Position numbers and translations under genes: made by a program
The notes under the pieces: generated by a model
Told to the model about the DNA's origin: nothing
The model's database searches: none
What the model saw: only the letters and a program-made list of their open reading frames with translations
Source of the DNA: Phycisphaera mikurensis NBRC 102666
GTDB taxonomy: Bacteria > Planctomycetota > Phycisphaerae > Phycisphaerales > Phycisphaeraceae
NCBI RefSeq assembly: GCF_000284115.1
Contig: NC_017080.1
Location: 3,630,001-3,662,000 of the forward strand
DNA: 32,000 nucleotides
Reading direction: 5' to 3'
Shown: piece by piece, positions 9,099 to 18,194 of the stretch
Layout of the letters: each line of letters opens with the position of its first letter
Numbering within the stretch: the first letter of the stretch is position 1

Positions 9099-10538
9099 TT
9101 GCTTCCTGACGCACCCGATGCCGCACCGGAGGAGCCGGCCGATGCGCCGGCCGCGCCGGCCGGAGCCGCCCCGCCGCCCGCCGCGGATCGCCGCCGGCCG
9201 GGCCCGCTTTCGCTCGCGGTCCGCGGCGTGGTGGCGGTGGTGGTCGTCGCGGCCGGCGCCGCGGGGGCCTGGGCGCTGGTGGCGACGATGCCGGTGATCG
9301 ATCTGGCCCCGGTGGAGGCGGTCGCGACGCCGGTCATCGTCTTCGACCCCTCGCCCCAGCCGGTCGCCCGGCCGTGGAGCGGGTACGGCACCGCGGAGGC
9401 GCTAACCGCCGCCGACGTGCCGGCGCGGGTGACGGCGACGGTGGCGTCGCTGGGTGAGGGCGTGCGGGACGGGGCCGCGGTGGGCGCCGGGCAGACGCTC
9501 GTGACGCTCGAGAGAGCAGACTTCGAGGACGAGGTGACGCGGCTGGAGTCGCTCGCGGCCGACGCCGACGCGCAGCTGCGGGAGCTGGACAGCCGCGAGG
9601 CCCGCCTCGACGAGCAGGCCGGCCTCCTGGAGGAGGACCTGGACCTGCAGACCCGGGAGCTCGAGCGGGTGAGCCGGCTGGAGGGTCGCAGCGTCGCCAC
9701 CGGCCAGGACGTCGACCGGGCGCGGAGCCAGGTGCTCGCCGCGCGGTCGGCGCTGTCGGCGATGCGGCAGTCGCGGGAGTCGATCCCGACGCGGCGGGAG
9801 GCGCTCACGGCGACCGCGGCCGCCCTCGAAGCACAGCTGCGGGTGGCCCGCCGCAACCTGGGCCGGACGACGATCAAGAGCCCGATCCGCGGCTACCTGC
9901 AGTCGCTCGACGTCGAGGCCGGTGAGGCCGTCTCGCCGGGGCAGCGGGTGGCTCGCGTGGTGGATCCGGCGGTGGTCGAGGTCCCGCTGAAGCTGCCCGC
10001 GGGCGCGCGGCGCGGCGTGCGCGTGGGCGATCCGGTCGAGCTCCGCAGCAGCTGGGACCTCCGCGAGCGGGAGGGCGGCGCTCCCGCCGAGGGCGAGAAC
10101 CCCGCCTGGACGGGGAAGATCCTCCGCATCAACCCCACCGACGACGCCCAGACCCGCACGCTCACCGTCTACGTCGTGCTCGACCAGGCCGACACCCCCG
10201 CCGCCGAGCGCCTCGCCCCCGGGCTCTTCGTGGCCGGCACCGTCACCGCCGGCGAGCCGACGCCGCGGGTGGTCGTGCCCCGCAGGAGCCTCCGCCGGGG
10301 GCGCGTGCAGCTGGTCGGCCCCGACGCGGAGGGCCGGCCCCGCGTGCGCAGCGTCCCGGTGTCGGTGGACTTCCACCTCCGGGCCCGGCTGCCCGGCACC
10401 GGGCTGCCCGACGACCAGTGGGCCGTGCTCGACGCCCCGCTGCCGGCGGGCGAACGCGTGGTCCTCACCGCGAATGCTTCGCTGCTCGACGGCCAGGCCG
10501 TCGATCCCCGAGACGCCGCCGCGCGGGGCGAGCGATGA
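9099..10538 (+). CDS. RND efflux periplasmic adaptor (HlyD/MFP family)
   Basis: N-terminal TM segment, coiled-coil hairpin, biotinyl-lipoyl-like pieces (GAGQTLVTLERADFEDEV; TTIKSPIRGYLQSLDVEAGEAVSPGQRVARVVDP). Confidence 0.87.
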   Translation: MLPDAPDAAPEEPADAPAAPAGAAPPPAADRRRPGPLSLAVRGVVAVVVVAAGAAGAWALVATMPVIDLAPVEAVATPVIVFDPSPQPVARPWSGYGTAEALTAADVPARVTATVASLGEGVRDGAAVGAGQTLVTLERADFEDEVTRLESLAADADAQLRELDSREARLDEQAGLLEEDLDLQTRELERVSRLEGRSVATGQDVDRARSQVLAARSALSAMRQSRESIPTRREALTATAAALEAQLRVARRNLGRTTIKSPIRGYLQSLDVEAGEAVSPGQRVARVVDPAVVEVPLKLPAGARRGVRVGDPVELRSSWDLREREGGAPAEGENPAWTGKILRINPTDDAQTRTLTVYVVLDQADTPAAERLAPGLFVAGTVTAGEPTPRVVVPRRSLRRGRVQLVGPDAEGRPRVRSVPVSVDFHLRARLPGTGLPDDQWAVLDAPLPAGERVVLTANASLLDGQAVDPRDAAARGER

Positions 10539-13500
10539 GCCTCGCGGCCTTCGGCGTCCGCAAGCCGGTTCCCGCCAACCTGCTGATGGTCGCGCTGCTC
10601 ATCGGCGGGCTCTTCGCCGGTCTCACGCTCCGCAAGCAGTTCTTCCCCGAGACCGACCCGCAGTCGGCCATCGTCCGGATCGTCTACCCCGGGGCCACGC
10701 CCGAGGAGGTCGAGGAGACGATGGCGATCAAGATCGAGGACGCCGTGTTCGACCTCGACGAGGTGGACGAGGTGATCACCAACCTCGCCGAGGGCGGCGG
10801 CTCGGTCAGCGTCGGCTTCGTCGACGGCACCGACGGCGACGCCGGCGTGGACGCGGTCGAACGCGAGTTGGCCGCGCTGCAGGACCTGCCGCCCGAAGCC
10901 GAGCCGCTGACGGTCGAGCTGATCGAGCCACAGCTGCCGGTCATCCAGATGGCGGTCTTCGGGCCCGTCGACGACAGCGTGCTCAAGGAAACGGCCCGCA
11001 GCATCAAGGACGACCTCGCCGGCCTCCCGGGCATGGGCGAGGTGCGGATCTCCGGCGTCCGCGACTACGAGCTGTCGGTCGACGTGCAGCAGTCGGCGCT
11101 GATCGAGCAGGGCATCTCGCTGGCCACCGTCGCGAACCGGGTCCGGGCGGCGATGGACGAGGTGCCCGGCGGCAGCGTGCGGAACCAGACCGGCACCAGC
11201 AACCTGCGGACCGAAGGCGTGGCCGAGACCGCCGACGCGGTGGCCGGCATCGTCATCGCCAGCGGGCCCGACGGCTCGGTCGTGCGGCTGGGCGAGGTGG
11301 CCGAGGTCAGCGAGGGCTTCACCGACGCCGGCGTCAACACCCGCTTCAACGGCCAGCCCGGCGCGTACGTCACGGTCTACAAGAAGGGCCGGCAGGACAT
11401 CGTGAGGATCGCCGAGATGGTGCGGGCGTACGTCGACGCCCGCCGCGGCGAGCCGCCGGCGGAGCTTTCGTGGCTTGCGCGGAAGATCAAGCCGCACGTG
11501 GTCGCGGCCGCCGAGCTGGGGCGGGACGCGCCGCAGCTGCCCGGGGGCGCCGAGGTCGCCCGCTTCACCGACCTCGCCCGCTTCGTGGAGGGCCGGCTCG
11601 ACCTGCTGCTCCGCAACGCGCTCATGGGAGCGGTGCTGGTTTTCGCCACGCTGGCGCTGTTCCTGAACCCGCGGACCGCGTTCTGGGTCGGCGTCGGGCT
11701 GGTGACCGCGCTCGGCGGGACGCTCATCCTCATGGCGGCGGTGGACCTGACGCTGAACCTCCTGACGATGTTCGGCCTGATCGTCGTGCTCGGCCTGTTG
11801 GTCGACGACGCGATCGTCGTCGCCGAGAACATCCAGGCGACGCACGAACGCGGCGTGCCGCCGCTGGAGGCCGCGGTCGTGGGCGCCGGCCAGGTCGGCT
11901 GGCCGGTGGTCGCGACGGTCACCACCTCCGTGGTCGCCTTCCTGCCGCTCCGCTTCATCGACGGCGAGATCGGCGACCTGCTCGGGGCGCTGCCGCTGGT
12001 GGTGGCGTGCGCCCTGATCATGTCGTTGATCGAGTCGCTGATGATCCTGCCCAGCCACATGGGGCACAGCCTCGAATCCGCGGACCGCAGAGCCGAACGG
12101 GCCCGACGCGACGCGGTCCGCGGCGGGCGGGAGGCGCGGCCGGGCGTCGTCGCCCGCTACGCGGCCGCCCGCGATCGCTTCATCGAGAACCGCGTGGTGC
12201 CGGCTTACCTGGGCGCGCTCGGCGGGGTGTTGCACTGGCGCTACGCCGCGGTCTCGGCGGCGGTGGCGGCGCTGCTGTTCGCCTTCGGGATGATCGGCAG
12301 CCGCACGGTGCCCTTCGTGTTCCTGCCGCAGAACGACGCCGAGACGCTGCAGCTGGACCTCCGCCTGCCGCTGGGCAGCCCGATGTCCGCGACGCGGGCG
12401 GTCGTCGAGGGCATCGAAGACGCCGCCGTGGCGATGCCCGACTTCCGCAGCATCGCCAGCGTCGTCGGCGAGAGCGCGAGCATCGACTCCGCCGTCAGCA
12501 GCGGCTTCGCGGCGCACCTGGCGCAGATGTTCATCGAGCTCGAGCCGGTGGAGACGCGGGCACGGACCGCGCCTCAGATCATCGAGCAGCTGCGCCGCGA
12601 CATCGAGCCCCACCTCCAGGTCGCCGACCGGTTCAGCATCGAGCCCATCTCCGGAGGGCCCGGCGGGCCGGACCTCACGCTGGAGGTCCGCGGCACCGAC
12701 CCCGGCCGCATCGCCGCCGCGGTCGCGGAGATCAAGGGCCAGCTGCGGCGTTTCCCCGGCGTGGTCGACGTGTCCGACGACAACGACGCCGGGCTGCCCG
12801 AGAGCCGCTTCCGTGTCCGCGACGCCGATGCCGCGGCCGCCGGCTTCACCCGCGCGGACGTCGCCACCGAGCTGCGGGGGCTGACCTTCGGGCTCGAGCC
12901 GCACAGCTACGCCGCGCTGCGCGAGGACATCGAGGTCCGCGTCCGCGGCGACGCCGGGACCCGCCGCAGCCAGGCCGACGTCGAGAACGCCTGGATCGTC
13001 TCGCCCACCGGCCGCGCGGTGCCGGTCACCGAGATCGCGGACGTCGTGCCCGGTTCGGCTTACGCCAGCATCAAGCGTATCGATCGCGCGCGGACCGTCA
13101 CGGTGACCGGCTACGTGACCACCGGGCTCTCGCCGGAAACCGTCGCCGCCGAACTGGACCTCTCGGCGGTGCGGGAGGCCTACCCCGACCTGGAGGTCCG
13201 CTTCGGCGGCCGGCAGGAGCAGACCGCCGAGGCCTTCGCCAGCCTGCCCTACGGGGCCGGCGCCGCGGCGATCATGATCTACATCATCCTCGCCTGGCTG
13301 TTCTCCAAGTACCTGCAGCCGCTGGCGGTGATGGCGGTGATCCCGTTCGCCACGGTGGGCGCGGTGCTGGGCCACTGGGTGATGGGCTACGACCTCACCT
13401 TCCTGTCGATCATCGGGCTGGTGGCGCTGGCGGGCATCGTCGTGAACGACTCGCTGATCTACGTCGAGTTCTTCAACGCGCGGCGGGCGGCGGGCGAGCC

Positions 13501-13771
13501 GATCCACGAGGCGTTGCTCCAAGCCGGGGCGGCCCGCCTCCGGGCGATTTTCCTGACGACGGTGACCACGGTCCTGGGCCTGACGCCGCTGATCCTGGAG
13601 ACCAGCTTCCAAGCCCGCTTCCTCATCCCCATGGCGATCTCCATCGCCGGCGGGCTCATCGTCGCGACGGTCCTGATCCTCGGCGTGCTCCCGTGCCTGC
13701 TGCTGATCCTCAACGACCTGACGAGGATCGGCCGCCGCGCCTGGCACGGGCCGCGGGTGGGCGAGGCCTGA
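10535..13771 (+). CDS. RND family multidrug efflux permease (AcrB-like)
   Basis: MSLAAFGVRKPVPANLLMVALLIGGLFAGLTLRKQFFPE...YPGATPEEVEETMAIKIEDAV...LLVDDAIVVAENIQ...GIVVNDSLIYVEFFN. ATGA overlap with the adaptor gene. Confidence 0.95.
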   Translation: MSLAAFGVRKPVPANLLMVALLIGGLFAGLTLRKQFFPETDPQSAIVRIVYPGATPEEVEETMAIKIEDAVFDLDEVDEVITNLAEGGGSVSVGFVDGTDGDAGVDAVERELAALQDLPPEAEPLTVELIEPQLPVIQMAVFGPVDDSVLKETARSIKDDLAGLPGMGEVRISGVRDYELSVDVQQSALIEQGISLATVANRVRAAMDEVPGGSVRNQTGTSNLRTEGVAETADAVAGIVIASGPDGSVVRLGEVAEVSEGFTDAGVNTRFNGQPGAYVTVYKKGRQDIVRIAEMVRAYVDARRGEPPAELSWLARKIKPHVVAAAELGRDAPQLPGGAEVARFTDLARFVEGRLDLLLRNALMGAVLVFATLALFLNPRTAFWVGVGLVTALGGTLILMAAVDLTLNLLTMFGLIVVLGLLVDDAIVVAENIQATHERGVPPLEAAVVGAGQVGWPVVATVTTSVVAFLPLRFIDGEIGDLLGALPLVVACALIMSLIESLMILPSHMGHSLESADRRAERARRDAVRGGREARPGVVARYAAARDRFIENRVVPAYLGALGGVLHWRYAAVSAAVAALLFAFGMIGSRTVPFVFLPQNDAETLQLDLRLPLGSPMSATRAVVEGIEDAAVAMPDFRSIASVVGESASIDSAVSSGFAAHLAQMFIELEPVETRARTAPQIIEQLRRDIEPHLQVADRFSIEPISGGPGGPDLTLEVRGTDPGRIAAAVAEIKGQLRRFPGVVDVSDDNDAGLPESRFRVRDADAAAAGFTRADVATELRGLTFGLEPHSYAALREDIEVRVRGDAGTRRSQADVENAWIVSPTGRAVPVTEIADVVPGSAYASIKRIDRARTVTVTGYVTTGLSPETVAAELDLSAVREAYPDLEVRFGGRQEQTAEAFASLPYGAGAAAIMIYIILAWLFSKYLQPLAVMAVIPFATVGAVLGHWVMGYDLTFLSIIGLVALAGIVVNDSLIYVEFFNARRAAGEPIHEALLQAGAARLRAIFLTTVTTVLGLTPLILETSFQARFLIPMAISIAGGLIVATVLILGVLPCLLLILNDLTRIGRRAWHGPRVGEA

Positions 13772-13813
13772 GGCCGGCTGGGAAATGATGACAGCCACGG
13801 ATGGCTGCTCCGC

Positions 13814-14944
13814 TCAGCCGGCGGACACCGCCGAGACGGTTCTTGGCGGAGGCACGGCGTGCTGAGCCACCAGCGCCAGCACGCGGCCCGCCACCGCGTC
13901 GGCTTCGAGGCCCAGCCGCTCGAAGACGCCGGCCGTGCCCGCCGCCAGCCGCCGCTTGCCCTTGCGCAGCTTCCGCGCCACCGCATCGAGCACGCGCAGG
14001 TACGCCCGCAGCGACAGCCCCGCCGCCACCGTGCCCGCCGAGGCGGCCCGCACCGCTTCACCGTCCGCCAGCGGCCGGTGGCCCCGGCGACGCTGACGCT
14101 CCAGCGACTCGTCGAGCGGACGCAGCCAGCGGCCGCTGGGCCGCCGACGCGGCGGCCGCGGACCGTCGGGCGTTGAGGCCTCACCGGGCTCGCGGTCCGC
14201 GGATCGGCCGGATCGGCCGGATCGGCGGGTGGCGGCCGGGTCCGCCGGGTCCGCGGCTTCGGCACCGCACGGCTCGTCCCGCCCCAGCCGCCCCGCCAGC
14301 GAGGTGTGGCGACCCTCTTCGGGCGTCTCGCACACGCCCGCCGCGAAGGGGTTCAGGTCGACGTACACCATCGTCGCCACCAGCTGCTCCAGGTCCTTCA
14401 CCAGCACGCTCTTGAAGCGTCCCGCCCACACCGGCCCGCCGGTTTGCTCCAGCTTGTTGATCCGCTCGGCCGCGTGCTGGGAGAAGCACTGCATGAACTT
14501 CGAGAGGCTCGCCAGCTTCTCTCGGCAGCCGGCCAAAAACGCCGCATCCGCCAGCGCCGAAGCCACCTCCTCCTCCGCCGCCTCCCGCGGACGGTTGTAC
14601 CCGTCACGCAGCGGGTGAAGCCGCCACCAGCGTCGCAGCACCTGCTCGTCGCTCCAACGCTGCGCCTCCGCCCGGCTCACCCGCAGCACCAGGTGGACGT
14701 GGTTGTCCATGACCGCGAAGGCGATCACCTCCACCGCCATCACCCCCACCAGCTCCTCGAGCCGGGCCAGCAGGATCTCCTTCCGCAGGCCCGCCGGCTC
14801 GCAGCAGCCAGCCGCTCCACCGGATGCCGCCCCACCCCCGGCATCCGCAAGCATGTGCAACTGCCTCGTGCACCGCGCCACACAATGCACCAAGAACCGC
14901 GGAGCCCCCAGCGGCAACAAACAAGATCGCGTGCGACGTGCCAT
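13814..14944 (-). CDS. IS200-like (Y1_Tnp) transposase-domain protein / RAYT-like, with extended C-terminus
   Basis: MARRTRSCLLPLGAPRFLVHCVARCTRQLHML..., VIAFAVMDNHVHLVLRV (HUH), LASLSKFMQCFSQHAAERINKLEQTGGPVWAGRFKSVLV, MVYVDLNPFAAGVCETPEEGRHTSLAGR. Confidence 0.82.
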   Translation of the reverse strand: MARRTRSCLLPLGAPRFLVHCVARCTRQLHMLADAGGGAASGGAAGCCEPAGLRKEILLARLEELVGVMAVEVIAFAVMDNHVHLVLRVSRAEAQRWSDEQVLRRWWRLHPLRDGYNRPREAAEEEVASALADAAFLAGCREKLASLSKFMQCFSQHAAERINKLEQTGGPVWAGRFKSVLVKDLEQLVATMVYVDLNPFAAGVCETPEEGRHTSLAGRLGRDEPCGAEAADPADPAATRRSGRSGRSADREPGEASTPDGPRPPRRRPSGRWLRPLDESLERQRRRGHRPLADGEAVRAASAGTVAAGLSLRAYLRVLDAVARKLRKGKRRLAAGTAGVFERLGLEADAVAGRVLALVAQHAVPPPRTVSAVSAG

Positions 14945-14972
14945 CTCCCACAACCCTACCCCACCCCCGCCT

Positions 14973-15001
14973 CCTGTCAAGGGACGCGTCCCCTTGACAG
15001 G
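14973..15001. repeat. Perfect 11-bp-stem hairpin CCTGTCAAGGG-ACGCGTC-CCCTTGACAGG upstream of the Y1-transposase gene
   Basis: Arms 14973-14983 and 14991-15001 are exact reverse complements with a 7-nt loop. Core GTCAAGGG/CCCTTGAC is shared with the 391-609 cluster. Confidence 0.85.
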
Positions 15002-15005
15002 GGGG

Positions 15006-15030
15006 AGGGAGTGCCTGCAGGGAGTGCCTG
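15006..15030. repeat. Short tandem direct repeat GGGAGTGCCTGC-A-GGGAGTGCCTGC
   Basis: Exact 12-mer copies at 15006-15017 and 15019-15030. Confidence 0.85.
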
Positions 15031-15063
15031 CGGCTGCTTGGGGTGGCGGGGTGGTGGCTTGGC

Positions 15064-16290
15064 CTATACCTGGCTGGTCTTCCAGCGTGTCAGGACCCGG
15101 GCGAGGCGGCTCTTGAGGCTGACGCGTTCGAAGTCCGCGGGGTCGACGGGGTCGCACTCGGCGAGGTCGGTTTCGAAGTCTGCGGCGAGCGTCGCGTTGA
15201 GCTCGGTGTCGACGGCGACGACGATCAGCTCGTCGTCGGTCATCATCGAGCGGTGGTTGAAGTTGGCGGAGCCGAAGACGGCGCCGCGGTCGTCGATGAC
15301 CATCGACTTGGCGTGGAGCATCGTCGGCTTGTAGCGGTAGAAGCGGACGCCGGTGCCCGCGAAGAAGCGGATCGTGTCCTCGGCGGCCACCGTGGCGAGC
15401 CACTTGTCGTTCTGCCGGAGGCTGGGGATCATGACGCGGACGTCCACGCCGCGGCCATCGGCCTCCTTGATGAGGTTCACCAGCAGCGGGTCTGGCGTGA
15501 AATACGCCGTGGAGATCCACAGACGCTCGGCAGCGGCCCGCACCAGCGCCTGGTACGCGGTGGCGATGTCGTTCCACTGCAGCGCCGTGTCCGCGCGGAT
15601 GACCTGCAGGCTCGCCGGACCGGCGGGCATCGGCGTCGGCCGCTCGATGAGGTTGCTGACGTCGGCCTGCTCCTCCTCGACCCAGTGCTCTTCGAAACCG
15701 GCTCGCAGCCCCTCCACCGCCGGTCCCTCGATGCGGAAGTGGCTGTCGCGCCAGCGGCTCCAGCCCTCGGCGTCGCCCGTCCAGTGGTCGGCGAAGCCGA
15801 CGCCGCCGGTGAAGGCGACGGTGTTGTCGATCGCGAGCACCCGGCGGTGCGAACGGTAGAAGTTGTCGCGTCCCTTCTTGAGCTTGAGCGGGCGGAACCA
15901 GGCAAACTGTGCCCCCGCGTCCTCGAGCAGGCCGGGCATGTGGTCGCCGACGAAGTGCCCGCCCCAGCCATCGGCGAGCACCCGCACGCGCACGCCGCGG
16001 CGGGCGGCGTCGCAGAGTGCTTCGATGAAACGCTCGGTGATTTCGCTCTCCCAGAAGATGAAAGCCGAGAGGTCGATCGAAAGCTCCGCCCCGTCGATCG
16101 CCCCGAGCATCGCCTCGAAGATGTCCTCGCCGTTCATGATCCGCGTGACGCGGTTGCCCTCGAAGAAGGGCATGCCCATGGCGCGCGTCATCGCGATCTG
16201 CAGCCGCGGCACCGCCCGCGTGTTCTCGGCCGTGACGGGCACGCTCGCCGCCCCGGTCTCGCTGTCCTCGTCCACCGGGCGCTCTGGCAT
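15064..16290 (-). CDS. Cardiolipin synthase-like phospholipase D family protein
   Basis: Two PLD-like repeats: SHRRVLAIDNTVAFTGGVGFADHW and LHAKSMVIDDRGAVFGSANFNHRS; general ClsB-like layout. Confidence 0.87.
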   Translation of the reverse strand: MPERPVDEDSETGAASVPVTAENTRAVPRLQIAMTRAMGMPFFEGNRVTRIMNGEDIFEAMLGAIDGAELSIDLSAFIFWESEITERFIEALCDAARRGVRVRVLADGWGGHFVGDHMPGLLEDAGAQFAWFRPLKLKKGRDNFYRSHRRVLAIDNTVAFTGGVGFADHWTGDAEGWSRWRDSHFRIEGPAVEGLRAGFEEHWVEEEQADVSNLIERPTPMPAGPASLQVIRADTALQWNDIATAYQALVRAAAERLWISTAYFTPDPLLVNLIKEADGRGVDVRVMIPSLRQNDKWLATVAAEDTIRFFAGTGVRFYRYKPTMLHAKSMVIDDRGAVFGSANFNHRSMMTDDELIVVAVDTELNATLAADFETDLAECDPVDPADFERVSLKSRLARVLTRWKTSQV

Positions 16291-16296
16291 CGCACG

Positions 16297-16302
16297 ACCG
16301 TA
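16297..16302 (-). promoter_or_regulatory. Putative -10 (TACGGT) 6 nt before ATG at 16290, directly abutting a 17-nt homopolymer
   Basis: Reverse strand reads CTTGCT-C17-TACGGT-CGTGCG-ATG. Confidence 0.5.
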
Positions 16303-16319
16303 GGGGGGGGGGGGGGGGG
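16303..16319. repeat. G17 (C17 on the coding strand) homopolymeric tract
   Basis: Seventeen consecutive G on the plus strand. Confidence 0.9.
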
Positions 16320-16324
16320 AGCAA

Positions 16325-16348
16325 GAGACGGAGAGACGGAGAGACGGA
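16325..16348. repeat. GAGACGGA x3 tandem repeat
   Basis: Exact copies at 16325, 16333 and 16341. Confidence 0.9.
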
Positions 16349-16578
16349 GACAGGCAGGGTTGACGGCCAGGCCCGCTGCTGCTTGTTCTCGCTCTTGCTG
16401 ACTCCGTCTCTTCGTCTCTGCGCCAACCGCGGTCCAACCTGCGCACTCCCAAAAGGGGCGGCAACCCGGCTCCGGAACTCTTCGACCCCCGCCGCGTCTC
16501 TTCGTCTCTTAAGCGGCCCCGCCGCTGCCCTCCCCGCTGCTAAAACATCTCCTCGCCACGTCCCCCCAAGGAGTCTTG

Positions 16579-17649
16579 ATGCCCCGCCCCGTCACCCTGT
16601 TCACCGGCCAGTGGGCCGACCTGCCGCTGGAGACGCTCGCCGCCGACGCGAAGTCCTACGGCTACGACGGCCTCGAGCTCGCCTGCTGGGGCGACCACTT
16701 CGACGTCGATCAAGCCGAGGACCCCGCCTACCTGGCCGCGAAGTGGGAGCTGCTCGGCGACCACGGGCTCACGTGCCACGCGATCTCGATGCACCTGGTG
16801 GGACAGGCCATCTGCGACCGCATCGACGAGCGGCACCGGGCCATCCTCCCGCCCGACGTCTGGGGCGACGGCGAGCCCGAGGGGGTCCGGAAGCGGGCGG
16901 CGGAGAAGATGGCGCTCTCGGCGAGGGCTTGCCGGGCCTTCATGGACGCGCGCCCGGACGGCCACTCGGCGGCGGCCGTCTCGGAGGTCCGCGACGGCGT
17001 GCCGACCCGGGGGGTCGTCAACGGCTTCACCGGCAGCAGCGTGTGGCACAGCCTCTACGCCTTCCCGCCGACGGATCAGGCCTATTGGGAGGCCGGCTTC
17101 ACCGACTTCGCCAACCGCTTCGGGCCGATCCTCGACGCTTTCGACGCCGCCGAGGTCAACTTCGCGTTGGAGGTCCACCCCACCGAGATCGCCTTCGACA
17201 CGGCCAGCGCCGCCCGCGCGGTGGAGGCCGTGAACGGCCACCGCCGCTTCGGCTTCAACTACGACCCCTCGCACCTGGGCTACCAGGCCGTCGACTACGT
17301 GAAGTTCATCCGCAGCTTCCCCGACCGCATCTTCCACGCCCACATGAAGGACGTGCAGTGGGGCGTGGGCGTCGGCGACGGCACCGTGGGCACCTTCGGC
17401 GGCCACACCACCTTCGCCGACCCGCGCCGCAGCTGGGACTTCCGCAGCGTCGGCCGCGGCCGCATCGACTTCGAGCAGGTCGTCGTCGCGCTCAACGACA
17501 TCGGCTACACCGGGCCGCTCTCGGTCGAGTGGGAAGACTCCCGCATGGACCGCGGCCACGGGGCGGCCGAGTCCGCGGCGTTCGTGAAGAAGCTGGACTT
17601 CCCACGCAGCGACATCGCGTTCGACGGGCAGTTCGAGAAGAGCGAGTGA
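16579..17649 (+). CDS. Sugar phosphate isomerase/epimerase (AP endonuclease family 2 TIM barrel)
   Basis: [38 protein letters not shown]...[15 protein letters not shown]...[42 protein letters not shown] Shine-Dalgarno at 16568-16573. Confidence 0.87.
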   Translation: MPRPVTLFTGQWADLPLETLAADAKSYGYDGLELACWGDHFDVDQAEDPAYLAAKWELLGDHGLTCHAISMHLVGQAICDRIDERHRAILPPDVWGDGEPEGVRKRAAEKMALSARACRAFMDARPDGHSAAAVSEVRDGVPTRGVVNGFTGSSVWHSLYAFPPTDQAYWEAGFTDFANRFGPILDAFDAAEVNFALEVHPTEIAFDTASAARAVEAVNGHRRFGFNYDPSHLGYQAVDYVKFIRSFPDRIFHAHMKDVQWGVGVGDGTVGTFGGHTTFADPRRSWDFRSVGRGRIDFEQVVVALNDIGYTGPLSVEWEDSRMDRGHGAAESAAFVKKLDFPRSDIAFDGQFEKSE

Positions 17650-18194
17650 ACGCGGCTGCCCTGCTCGCCCAGGCCGCCGCGCCCGCCGCCGCCGCCGACA
17701 CGGACTACCTCCTCTACGCGCTGCTGCTGCTGGCGGGCGCCTTCGTGATGCTGGTGCTCGAGCTGTTCCTGCCCAGCGGCGGCTTGCTCGGCGTCGCCGG
17801 CGCGATCGCCGCCCTCGCCGCCGTCGGCTGCTTCTTCGCCGAGGACACCACGCTGGGCTTCGCCGCGTTGCTGGGCCTCGCGGTCGTCACGCCCGTGCTG
17901 CTGGGGCTGGGGCTTTGGATCTGGCCGCACACCCCCATCGGCCGCCGCCTCGTGCTCGGGGCGAGCGAGGAAGGCGGCGCGGAGGAGGGCGCCGGCGCGC
18001 TGCCGTCCACCGCCGCCTTCCGCCCCGCCGTCGGCGACGTCGGGGAGACGCTCTCGCCGTTGCGGCGGATCGGCACCGTCCGCTTCGACGGCAAGCGCGT
18101 CGAGTGCATGGCCGAGAGCGGGATGATCGACCCCGGCGTGAGCGTCCGCGTCAGCCGCGTCTCCGGCAACGAGGTCTTCGTGCGGGAGGCTTGA
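17646..18194 (+). CDS. NfeD-like membrane protein
   Basis: TM segments [45 protein letters not shown], then OB-like [58 protein letters not shown] overlap with the preceding gene. Confidence 0.7.
   Translation: MNAAALLAQAAAPAAAADTDYLLYALLLLAGAFVMLVLELFLPSGGLLGVAGAIAALAAVGCFFAEDTTLGFAALLGLAVVTPVLLGLGLWIWPHTPIGRRLVLGASEEGGAEEGAGALPSTAAFRPAVGDVGETLSPLRRIGTVRFDGKRVECMAESGMIDPGVSVRVSRVSGNEVFVREA

Noticed and set aside
10169-13798. 1209-aa open frame antisense to the RND permease
   Set aside because: Low-complexity R/G/H/D-rich translation with no domain features; long antisense frames are expected artefacts of high GC3. The sense strand encodes a clear AcrB-like protein.
13792-13807. CAGCCA-CGGA-TGGCTG stem between convergent RND and transposase-like genes
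   Set aside because: Only 6 bp and no U-tract; too weak to call a terminator.
14945-14958. TAGGGT before the Y1-transposase gene as a leaderless promoter
   Set aside because: Spacing is 8 nt, outside the 5-7 nt cluster; possible but not counted.
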